64,000 bases of DNA, taken from assembly GCA_044342075.1 (NCBI GenBank), contig JBIIQM010000002.1:6610-70609 (forward strand). Direction: 5' to 3'. The position numbers were made by a program, and so were the translations under genes. Positions 39,298-47,597 of the stretch are shown here, one piece after another. The notes beneath the pieces are model-generated. The model did not search any database, was not told the origin of the DNA, and saw only the letters and a list, made by a program, of their open reading frames with translations. This DNA is from Pirellulales bacterium (GTDB lineage: Bacteria; Planctomycetota; Planctomycetia; Pirellulales; UBA1268). Position 1 is the stretch's first letter. Every line of letters begins with the position of its first letter.

Positions 39298-39647
39298 TGA
39301 GGAGGCGTCCGTATCCGTTCCTGCTCGAGCACGGGCATCGAGCGGATCGTGACGCCAGGCGCCGGCTGCTCCGCCGGCGGCATTCCCGACTGGGCGGGCA
39401 TACCGCGCCGCATCATCATCGCGCGATTCCGCGCCCGGATCCGGTCGCTGCGCAGCGGGATGCCCGGATAGGCCTCGATCGGCACCTCGAGGCTCGGCAG
39501 CCCGATCCGGCTGCCGTCGCCGAAGTAGGTAAACATCTCGATCGCACGCACTTCGCCAGGAATGGCAGCGAGCGAGATCGAAAGGAGCGAGAAGACCGCC
39601 GCCCGGCTGATGGTGCGATACACCACCGCCTGAAAACTCCGCCGCAT
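39294..39647 (-). CDS. small secreted protein, hypothetical
   Basis: ATG at 39647 (MRRSFQAVVYRTISRAAVFSLLSISLAAIPGEVRA...). The stop codon TAG lies inside the REP head. No family recognised. Confidence 0.4.
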   Translation of the reverse strand: MRRSFQAVVYRTISRAAVFSLLSISLAAIPGEVRAIEMFTYFGDGSRIGLPSLEVPIEAYPGIPLRSDRIRARNRAMMMRRGMPAQSGMPPAEQPAPGVTIRSMPVLEQERIRTPPQ

Positions 39648-39803
39648 GAAAAAATTCCGCTGGAGGTTCGTGCCGGCCACGGCATTCCTTCGTCCTCAAG
39701 CATCGGCAACCGGCCTGCGCGGGGTGACGATTTTCGGGCCAAACTGCCCGACCGGCACGACCGTCAAAGTCGGGGGCGGTCCACTCTGATGTAGGCTTGT
39801 TTC

Positions 39804-40694
39804 ATGCCGCTGCCCCTCGTCACCTGCATTGCCGCGATCGTTGCCGCAGGCTGTGCCGCCCTGGCTGCCTGGCGGGTGCGTGGCTCGACGGCCGTGCCTG
39901 CCGCATGGTGGGCGGTTGCCGCCTGCTTTGCGTTGGCTCTTGACGCGGGGAGCCGCGTGGGTGGCCCCACCGATCCCGCCGCGGCATCGCGGATGCGGCT
40001 CGTCGTGGCGGCGCTTGCCGTCTGCCCCGCGATGTCGCTCTTGGGCGCCAAGCGTCCGCAGCATGGCGTTTGGCAATTGATCGTGGCGTCGCTCGCCGTC
40101 GTGATCGCGATGCCCGCCCTCTCTGCCTGGCTCGTGCGGCCCGGCAGCCTGCCCGATGTCCACCTGCTCGGCCGGGGCTTCCTGGCCGTGCTCGCCGCCG
40201 TCGGCTGGATGAACTTTCTCGCCACGACGAACGGCATTTCAGCGACGGCGATCACTGCGGGCCAGCTGGCGGTGATCCGCCCCTTCCTTCCCGGCATCGC
40301 CACCGACCGGGCTCTGCCGCACGATTCGCTCGACTGTTTCGGGGCCTGCCTGATCGCCGCCGGAGCGGTGCTGGCGGCGGCGTGGCCGCTCGTGCGGCAA
40401 ACAAGCGCAGCGTCCGGCCGCAACGCCGCCGACGCCCTGAGCCGGTCGATCGACCCGCCGTTTCTCGCGCTCCGCGAGACGCTCGGCGCCGCCTGGGCGC
40501 TGCGGATCGCCGAACGCTTCGATTCGGTCGCCGCCGCCCGCGGCTGGCCCTGTCGTCTCGGGTTTCGCGGCGCCGAGGTCGGCGGCGACCCGGCTGATGA
40601 CTCGTGGCACCGCGACGCGCTGCGAGCCTTCAAGGCGCTCATGCATCGGTTCGTCGACGACGCCTGGCTCGCGCGGCACGGCTGGGGAGATTGA
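39804..40694 (+). CDS. polytopic membrane protein, hypothetical
   Basis: 296 aa. Six or more hydrophobic helices, then a soluble C-terminal ~90 aa. No family recognised. Confidence 0.45.
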   Translation: MPLPLVTCIAAIVAAGCAALAAWRVRGSTAVPAAWWAVAACFALALDAGSRVGGPTDPAAASRMRLVVAALAVCPAMSLLGAKRPQHGVWQLIVASLAVVIAMPALSAWLVRPGSLPDVHLLGRGFLAVLAAVGWMNFLATTNGISATAITAGQLAVIRPFLPGIATDRALPHDSLDCFGACLIAAGAVLAAAWPLVRQTSAASGRNAADALSRSIDPPFLALRETLGAAWALRIAERFDSVAAARGWPCRLGFRGAEVGGDPADDSWHRDALRAFKALMHRFVDDAWLARHGWGD

Positions 40695-40850
40695 GGGTCA
40701 TGCGGCTTGGAACGGCGTGTCGTTCGCGATCGCGCTAAGAATCTGCCGTGGGATGCATGCCCGCCAGTGGCCCCCGCGTCAGGAGGGCGGTAGACTTGCG
40801 GGCTGTTTCAGCGGAATTCTCTGAACCCTATTCCCTTTGAGGAGCCCCCC

Positions 40851-41183
40851 ATGGCCGATGAATCGAAGTCGCAGCGTGCCGCCGCCCCCGAACAGATGCA
40901 GGTGCCGGTCGATGAATCCCACATCGTCGCCCACTATGCCAACTTCTGCCGCGTGACCGGCACGCCCGAGGAGCTCATCGTCGACTTCGGCCTCAACAAG
41001 CAGGTCGCCGGCACGTCGCCCGAGACGATCCAGCTCACGCAGCGGATCATCGTGAACTTCTTCACCGCCAAGCGGCTCGCCTATGCCCTCGGCATGGCGG
41101 TGCAGCGTCATGAGCAGGCCTTCGGCATGCTCGAGACCGACGTGCAGAAGCGGGTTGTCCACCAGCAGCAGGCCAAGGCCTGA
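40851..41183 (+). CDS. DUF3467-like small protein
   Basis: 110 aa. GAGGAG RBS. YANFCRVTGTPEELIVDFGLN...IVNFFTAKRLAYAL resembles the DUF3467 core. Confidence 0.55.
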   Translation: MADESKSQRAAAPEQMQVPVDESHIVAHYANFCRVTGTPEELIVDFGLNKQVAGTSPETIQLTQRIIVNFFTAKRLAYALGMAVQRHEQAFGMLETDVQKRVVHQQQAKA

Positions 41184-41224
41184 TCCGGACGAGCCGGCCT
41201 CGCCCGGCCTGAAAACATCGCCCC

Positions 41225-43312
41225 ATGAGCACGGCCGACGAACAGGCGATCGAAGAGGCACGGCAGCAGATCCGTGCGCTCGTCGACGAGATCGAGACCC
41301 TCTCCCGCAACAATCTGGCGGAAGCGGATTTCTTTCGTGGCCTGCTCGATCGCGTGATCGAGGCGATGGGGGCCGTGGCGGGGCTCGTCTGGCTCATCGG
41401 CGAGCAGGGGCGGGTCGAGCCCGTCTGCCATGCGGGCATGCAGGGCACCGGCCTGACCGACGAGAAAGAATCGCAGGAGGCCCACGGCCGGCTCGTGCAG
41501 ACCCTGATCGGGAATCCGACGGGGCTGCTCGTGCCGCCGCGGGCCGGCCTCACCGGGCCCGACGGCAAGCCGGCCGCCGACAATCCGAGCGACCTGCTCG
41601 TCGTCTCTTCGCCGATCGATCGGGCGGGCAGTCGCGCCGGGCTGATCGAGGTCTTCCACCACCCGAATGCTCCCGACGTCGAGCGGGGCTATCTCAAGTT
41701 TCTCGAGCAGGTGTCGGCCGTGGCCGGCGGCTACCTCGAGCGACGGCAGCTCGTCACGCTCGACTCGCAGCAGGCGGCGCTCTCGCAGGTCGATCGGTTC
41801 AGCCGCGCGGTCCACGAATCGCTCGACCCCATCGCCACGGCATTCGTGCTGGCCAACGAGGCCCGGCGGATCATCGGCTGCGATCGGGTGAGCGTGCTCG
41901 TGAAGCGGCGGCGCAAACTCCGGCTCGAGGCGGTGAGCGGCCAGGAATCGATCGAGCGGCGGGCCACGGCCGTGCAGGCGATCGAGGCGATCGTCCGCGT
42001 GGTGGCGAAGGCAGGCGATCCACTCTGGCATCCGGATCCGGCGAAGGAACTCCCGCCGCAGATCGAGGAGGAGCTCGAGCACTACATCGACGAATCGCAT
42101 GCGACGGCGCTGGCGATCATCCCGCTTGAGAAGCCGCGGCCCACGCCGGTGGTAAAGCCGGGGGGCGTGGATGCGGTGGCCGTGGCGAAGGCGGAGGCGG
42201 CGCCGAAGCAGGTTCCCGAGCCGATCGGCGCGCTCGTCGCGGAATGGTTTTCGTCGAGCACGTTCGACGGGGGGAAGCGGGCCCGCGTGGAGCTCGTCGC
42301 GGAGCATGGCCGCGTGGCCCTTTCCAACGCGCTCGTCCACACGGGGCTGCCGTTCTACGGCGTCTTGAACCTGCTCGACAAATCGAAGGTGCTGACCACC
42401 GCCCGCAACCTGCCCCGCACCGTGCTCGCCGGTCTGGCGACGCTCGCCGGCATCCTCGCGCTGATTTTTATTCCGGCCGACCTGCGGCTCGAGGGGAAGG
42501 GCTCGCTCGAGCCGGTCCACCGCCGCGACGTCTTCGCGGAGATCCAGGGCGTGGTCGAGCGGCTCGAGCCCGGTCTCGAGCACGGCGCCGAGGTGAAGGA
42601 GGGGCAGCTCCTGGCCACGCTCCGCAACACCGATCTCGAGGTGGCGCTCACCGACGTGCTTGGCCGCAAGGCGTCGAGCGAGGAGCAGCTCGTGTCCACC
42701 CGCCGCGCCCTGCTCGAAGACAGCAAGATTTCGGCCGACGAAAAGACCCGCATGGCCGGCCGGGCCGCCCAGCTCCAGCGGGAGATCGAGAGCCTCGAGG
42801 AGCAGCGGAAGCTCTACGAGACGAAGAAGAAAGACCTCCTCGTGCGCAGCCCGATCGACGGCGTGATCGTGACCTGGCAGGTTCGCGATCGGCTGATCCT
42901 CAGGCCGGTGGAGCAGGGGCAGGTGCTCATGAGCGTGGCCGACAAGACCGGCCCTTGGGAGCTCGAGGTCCACATGCCCGACGACCGGCTCGGCCACATC
43001 AATCGCGCCGCGATGGCCGCGAAGCAGGCCGCCCGCGAGCTCGAGGTGGATTACATCCTGGCCACCGATCCCGGCACGCGGCACCGGGGCACCGTCAAGG
43101 AGATCCACGAGCAGGCCGAGGTTCGGGGCGAGCAAGGCAATACGGTGCTCGTGCGGGTCACGATCGATCCCAGCCGCCACGAGAAGGAAGAGCTTGGTGC
43201 GGGGGCGAGCGTCACGGCGCGGATCAACTGTGGCAAGCGTCCGCTCGGCTATGTCTGGTTTCACGACGTGCTTTCATTCATCCAATCGCAGATCCTCTTC
43301 CGGCTCTGGTGA
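41225..43312 (+). CDS. GAF-GAF-TM-HlyD membrane fusion (periplasmic adaptor) protein
   Basis: 695 aa. Two GAF-like regions (...AVAGLVWLIGEQGRVEP...AGLIEVFHH; ...FVLANEARRIIGCDRVSVLV...IGALVAEWF). One TM helix (VLAGLATLAGILALIFI). HlyD lipoyl/coiled-coil/barrel (VKEGQLLATLRN, long heptad stretch, LVRSPIDGVIVTW). Confidence 0.7.
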   Translation: MSTADEQAIEEARQQIRALVDEIETLSRNNLAEADFFRGLLDRVIEAMGAVAGLVWLIGEQGRVEPVCHAGMQGTGLTDEKESQEAHGRLVQTLIGNPTGLLVPPRAGLTGPDGKPAADNPSDLLVVSSPIDRAGSRAGLIEVFHHPNAPDVERGYLKFLEQVSAVAGGYLERRQLVTLDSQQAALSQVDRFSRAVHESLDPIATAFVLANEARRIIGCDRVSVLVKRRRKLRLEAVSGQESIERRATAVQAIEAIVRVVAKAGDPLWHPDPAKELPPQIEEELEHYIDESHATALAIIPLEKPRPTPVVKPGGVDAVAVAKAEAAPKQVPEPIGALVAEWFSSSTFDGGKRARVELVAEHGRVALSNALVHTGLPFYGVLNLLDKSKVLTTARNLPRTVLAGLATLAGILALIFIPADLRLEGKGSLEPVHRRDVFAEIQGVVERLEPGLEHGAEVKEGQLLATLRNTDLEVALTDVLGRKASSEEQLVSTRRALLEDSKISADEKTRMAGRAAQLQREIESLEEQRKLYETKKKDLLVRSPIDGVIVTWQVRDRLILRPVEQGQVLMSVADKTGPWELEVHMPDDRLGHINRAAMAAKQAARELEVDYILATDPGTRHRGTVKEIHEQAEVRGEQGNTVLVRVTIDPSRHEKEELGAGASVTARINCGKRPLGYVWFHDVLSFIQSQILFRLW

Positions 43313-43319
43313 GGCCCCC

Positions 43320-44231
43320 ATGCCCGTGCGACTCCTGCTTCTTGCTTCGATTGTGATCTCCTGTCAGCTCGCCGCCTTTGCCGAGGCTCCCGGCTCGTCG
43401 GAGCCGGTGCTCGAGCGGTGCCTCGTCTCGCTCGTGGAAGAGGCGAAGGTGCCGGCCCGCGAGCCGGGCGTGCTCGTGGAGCTCACCGTCCGCGAAGGGG
43501 CCACGGTCCGCCGCGGCGACGTGATCGCGAAGATCGACGACGACCAGCCACAGATGGAGAAGCGGAAGGCGAAGGCGGAGCACGACCAGGCGATCGCGAA
43601 GGCCGAGAGCGACGTCGACGTGCGGTATTCCATCACCGCCGAGCAGGTGGCGGAGGCCGAGCACAAAAAGGCTCTTGAGTCGCATGCGAAGGTGCCGGGG
43701 AGCGTGACGGAGGTCGAGCGGGCCCGGCTGATGCTCAACGAGCGAAAGAGCGAGCTGCAGATCGAACAGGCCGAGCTCGAGCGGCGGATGGCGACGCTCG
43801 CGGCCGCGTCGAAGGGAGTGGAGCTCGAAGCGGCCGAAAACGCGATCGAGCGGCGGCTGATCAAGAGCCCGCTCGACGGCGTGGTCGTGCAGATTTTCCC
43901 GCACCAGGGGGAGTGGATGCAGCCGGGCGACCCGCTGGCCCGCGTCGTCCGCGCCGACAAGCTCCGCGTGGAGGGCTACGTCGATTCGAGCCGGTTCGGT
44001 CCCGAGGAGGTTCGCGATCGGCCGGTGACGGTGGAGGTGAAGCTCGCCGACGACCGCAAGGAAACATTCGCGGGCCGGATCGTGTTCACGAGCCCGCTGG
44101 TGGAAAGCGGCGGTGATTACCGCGTGTTCGCCGAAGTGGAAAACCGCCAGGCCCCCGGTTCCGGCCAGTGGCTCCTGCGCGCCGGCCAGACCGCCCGCAT
44201 GACGATCCACTCCTCCCAACCACCGAAGTAG
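43320..44231 (+). CDS. HlyD-family periplasmic adaptor protein
   Basis: 303 aa. Signal peptide MPVRLLLLASIVISCQLAAFA, then VREGATVRRGDVIAKIDD, a coiled coil, and LIKSPLDGVVVQI. The TAG stop lies in the REP head. Confidence 0.75.
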   Translation: MPVRLLLLASIVISCQLAAFAEAPGSSEPVLERCLVSLVEEAKVPAREPGVLVELTVREGATVRRGDVIAKIDDDQPQMEKRKAKAEHDQAIAKAESDVDVRYSITAEQVAEAEHKKALESHAKVPGSVTEVERARLMLNERKSELQIEQAELERRMATLAAASKGVELEAAENAIERRLIKSPLDGVVVQIFPHQGEWMQPGDPLARVVRADKLRVEGYVDSSRFGPEEVRDRPVTVEVKLADDRKETFAGRIVFTSPLVESGGDYRVFAEVENRQAPGSGQWLLRAGQTARMTIHSSQPPK

Positions 44232-44280
44232 GACAGGCTTCAGCCTGTCGTTGTTCATGACAGGCTGAAGCCTGTCCTAC
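44228..44280. repeat. REP doublet (REPIN-like) inside the operon
   Basis: Units at 44228-44249 and 44259-44280 in inverted orientation, with the 9-nt spacer GTTGTTCAT. Confidence 0.9.
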
Positions 44281-44285
44281 TCCTC

Positions 44286-46520
44286 ATGTCCACCGCCGCC
44301 GACGCCTTTCGTTCGAGCACCACCAGGCCGGTGAGCCTCAAGCGGCGAGGCGATCTCGTCACGAACCGGCAGGTCTACCAGGGGCAGGCCTGGTGGGTGG
44401 TGAAAGACCCGATCTCACTCCACTACTTCCGGTTCCGCCCGGAGGAGTATTGGCTGCTCGACATGCTCGACGGCCAGAAGAGCCTGGAGGTGCTCAAGGA
44501 GCAGTTCGAGGCGAAGTTTCCGCCGCGGCGGATCACGGTGGAGGAGCTCTCGCGGTTCGTCGCCACGCTCCACCGCTCGGGGCTCGTGATCGGCGACCGC
44601 CCGGGGCAGGGTCCGCAGCTTTTCGAGCGGCGTCGGCAGCGGATCTGGAAGCAGTGGATGGCGTGGCTCGCGAACATCATGTCGATGCGGTTTCGCGGCA
44701 TCGATCCCGACCGGCTGCTCACGCGGCTCGATCCCTGGTTTGGCTGGCTCTTCTCGCCGCCGGCAATCGTCTGCATGCTGGCGTTCGTGGCGAGCGCCGT
44801 CCTGCTCGTGCTCGTGAATTTCGACACGTTCCGGTCGAAGCTGCCGGAGTTTCATCAGTTCTTCGCCGCGGGCAACTGGCTCTACCTGGCGATCGCGCTG
44901 GGCGTCACGAAGGTGCTGCATGAATTCGGCCACGGCCTTTCCTGCAAGCATTACGGCGGGGAATGCCACGAGATGGGCATGATGCTGCTCGTCTTCACCC
45001 CCTGCCTTTATTGCGACGTCTCCGACAGCTGGATGCTCCCCTCGAAGTGGAAGCGGGCGGCGATCGGAGCGGCGGGGATGTATGTGGAGGTGATCATCGC
45101 CTCGATCGCCACCTTCCTCTGGTGGAACTCGCATCCGGGCATCTTCAACCAGCTCTGCCTCGACGTGATGTTCGTCTCGAGTGTGTCGACGATCCTCTTC
45201 AATGCCAACCCGCTTTTGCGCTACGACGGCTACTACATCCTCTCCGACGTCCTCGAGATCCCGAACCTGCGGCAGAAGGCGACGACGATTCTCGGGCGGA
45301 TCGCGAGCCGCTGGTGCCTCGGCATCAAGCAGCCGGAGGACCCCTTCCTGCCGCAGCGGAATCGCGGCCTCTTCGCCCTCTACGCCGTGGCGTCGAGCCT
45401 CTACGGCTGGTTCGTGTCGCTCTCGATCTTTCTCTTCGTCTGGAGCGTCTTCAAGCCGTATCGGCTGGAGGTGCTGGGGCAGATCCTCGCGGGCGCGGCG
45501 CTCTGGGGCTTGGTGGTGAAGCCGATTCACGGGATGATCAAGTTTCTGAACGTGCCCGGGAGGCGCGACGAAGTGAAGACCAAAAACCTCGTGTTCACCG
45601 CGATCGTGGCGGCGGCCCTCGCCGGGGCGATCGCGCTCATTCCCCTGCCGCAGCGGGTCTGGTGCGCCGCCGAACTGCGGCCGCGCGGCGAGGAGACGGT
45701 CTATGTGACGGTGCCGGGGCGGCTCGAGAGCCTCGCCGTGAAGCCCGGCAGCCTCGTGAAGAAGGGGGACGAGATCGCCCGGCTGTCGAGTATCGACCTC
45801 GACCTCGAGATTGCGGATCTCGAGGGGAAGGCGTCACAATCGCGGTCGCGGCTCAACAGCCTCGAGCGGGAGCGGTTTACCGACCCGGCCGCCGGTCTCG
45901 AGATCGGCACGGTGGAGGAATCGCTCAAGAGCGTCGAGGAACAGCTCGACAAGAAGCGGAAAGACCGTCGCGATCTCGTGCTCGTGGCCCCGCGCGACGG
46001 CATCGTGCTGCCGGCGCCGGCGGTCGCGCCGCCGAAGGATGGCTCGGGACGGCTGCCCCCGTGGAGTGGCAACGCGCTCAAAGACAAGAACCTCGGAGCA
46101 ACCTTCCTCGAAGGCACGGTGCTCTGCATGGTGGGGGAGCCGGAGAAATTCGAGGCGGTGATGGTGGTGGACCAATCGGAGGTGGAGTTCATCGCGAAGG
46201 GGCAGCAGGTGGATCTCAAGCTCGATTCGTTCCCCTGGCAGACGTTCACGGGCACGGTCGCGGAAATCGCGGAGACCCACATCGAAAGCAGTTCCGAGCG
46301 GCTGAGCGTGAAGGCGGGCGGCCAGGTGCCGACGGAGACGACGGAGGAGGGCCGCGAGCAGCCGATCTCGACGAGCTATGAGGCGATGATGTCGCTCGAC
46401 GACACGGAGGCCGTGCTCACGCCGGGCATGCGTGGCACCGCGCGGATCAAGGTGGGCAGCCGCACCGTGGGCCAGTGGCTCCTCCGCCTCATCTGGCAAA
46501 CCTTCAACTTCCGCATGTAG
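44286..46520 (+). CDS. PqqD-like domain / M50 (site-2 protease family) metalloprotease / HlyD adaptor fusion protein
   Basis: 744 aa. N-terminal WWVVKDPISLHYFRFRPEEYWLLDMLDGQKSLEVLKEQF...LSRFVATLHRSGLV. Zinc motif LHEFGHGLSCKHYG. Second S2P motif NANPLLRYDGYYILSD within a polytopic region. C-terminal VKKGDEIARLSS, coiled coil, LVAPRDGIVL. Confidence 0.75.
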   Translation: MSTAADAFRSSTTRPVSLKRRGDLVTNRQVYQGQAWWVVKDPISLHYFRFRPEEYWLLDMLDGQKSLEVLKEQFEAKFPPRRITVEELSRFVATLHRSGLVIGDRPGQGPQLFERRRQRIWKQWMAWLANIMSMRFRGIDPDRLLTRLDPWFGWLFSPPAIVCMLAFVASAVLLVLVNFDTFRSKLPEFHQFFAAGNWLYLAIALGVTKVLHEFGHGLSCKHYGGECHEMGMMLLVFTPCLYCDVSDSWMLPSKWKRAAIGAAGMYVEVIIASIATFLWWNSHPGIFNQLCLDVMFVSSVSTILFNANPLLRYDGYYILSDVLEIPNLRQKATTILGRIASRWCLGIKQPEDPFLPQRNRGLFALYAVASSLYGWFVSLSIFLFVWSVFKPYRLEVLGQILAGAALWGLVVKPIHGMIKFLNVPGRRDEVKTKNLVFTAIVAAALAGAIALIPLPQRVWCAAELRPRGEETVYVTVPGRLESLAVKPGSLVKKGDEIARLSSIDLDLEIADLEGKASQSRSRLNSLERERFTDPAAGLEIGTVEESLKSVEEQLDKKRKDRRDLVLVAPRDGIVLPAPAVAPPKDGSGRLPPWSGNALKDKNLGATFLEGTVLCMVGEPEKFEAVMVVDQSEVEFIAKGQQVDLKLDSFPWQTFTGTVAEIAETHIESSSERLSVKAGGQVPTETTEEGREQPISTSYEAMMSLDDTEAVLTPGMRGTARIKVGSRTVGQWLLRLIWQTFNFRM

Positions 46521-46596
46521 GGTAGGCTTCAGCCTGCCAAAAAGTAGGACAGGCTTCAGCCTGTCGGTATTCATGACAGGCTGAAGCCTGTCCTAC
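46517..46596. repeat. REP cluster (3 units)
   Basis: Variant GTAGGGTAGGCTTCAGCCTGCC (46517-46538), a canonical unit (46544-46565), the spacer GGTATTCAT, and an inverted canonical unit (46575-46596). Confidence 0.9.
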
Positions 46597-46599
46597 CTC

Positions 46600-47460
46600 A
46601 TGCCCACGCTCGACCGCATCACGCTCTACCCCGTCAAAAGCCTCGACGGCGTCGAGGTGGCCGAGGCCCGCGTGATCCCCTCGGGCGCTCTCGAAAACGA
46701 CCGCCGCTGGCGGCTCGTGGATCTCGACGGCCGCGTCGTGAACGCCAAGCGCACGGCTGCGTTTCACTCGATCCGCGCTCAGTTCGACCTCGCAGAGAAA
46801 CTGATCTCGCTATCCCGCTGGGCCGATCCGCCATCGGCCGCGGCCGCCACGTTCCCGCTCGTGCCTGGACCGGAGGGACCGTGCGAGTGGCTCGCAGACG
46901 CCCTGGGCGTGAAGGTCCTGCTGGAAGAGCGGCATGACGGCGGCTTCCCTGACGACCGCGACGCGCCCGGCCCCACGCTCATCTCGACGGCGAGCCTCGA
47001 GGAAGTGGCCCGCTGGTTTGGTTTCGATCTCGCGGAGAGCCGCAGGCGGTTTCGGGCCAATCTCGAGATCGGCGGCTGCGATGCCTTTTGGGAAGACACG
47101 CTCGCAAGCCCCGCGCCAGCCCGTCTGCCACCGTTGCTCGGCGAATTGTCGCCAGACCTGCCAGGCGATCCCTACGCCGACCTGCCGCCGGCGGAGCCCC
47201 GGGAATTCTCGATCGGCGCGGCGAGGTTCCTGGCGACGAATGTCTGCAAGCGGTGCGTGGTGCCGAGCCGCGATAGCAAAACCGCGGCAGTGACGGCCCA
47301 CTTCCGCGACGCCTTCGAAGCCCGGCGGGGCAGGAGCCTGCGGGCCGACGTGGATGCCATCGGGTGGAACCACCTCCACCGGCTGGGCGTAAACACGCGC
47401 GCCGCCGGGGCGGGGGGGCGGATTGCCCTATCTGATGGGTTTTTCGAGTTACGACGGTAA
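46600..47460 (+). CDS. MOSC domain-containing protein
   Basis: 286 aa. ITLYPVKSLDGV (MOSC N-terminal beta-barrel), RFRANLEI, and CKRCVVPSRD (conserved Cys). Confidence 0.75.
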   Translation: MPTLDRITLYPVKSLDGVEVAEARVIPSGALENDRRWRLVDLDGRVVNAKRTAAFHSIRAQFDLAEKLISLSRWADPPSAAAATFPLVPGPEGPCEWLADALGVKVLLEERHDGGFPDDRDAPGPTLISTASLEEVARWFGFDLAESRRRFRANLEIGGCDAFWEDTLASPAPARLPPLLGELSPDLPGDPYADLPPAEPREFSIGAARFLATNVCKRCVVPSRDSKTAAVTAHFRDAFEARRGRSLRADVDAIGWNHLHRLGVNTRAAGAGGRIALSDGFFELRR

Positions 47461-47597
47461 CGCGGATTCGGCTCTGGGGTCCGGCTTGTTCAACTCCACT
47501 CGGGGGCCCGGCAGAAACCGCGTTGTTGTCCCTTGGCGTCCGCGGCGGTGATGCGGCTCGCGCCTCGGTCAGCGATGGCGTCGTCGCGGCAGTCTGA

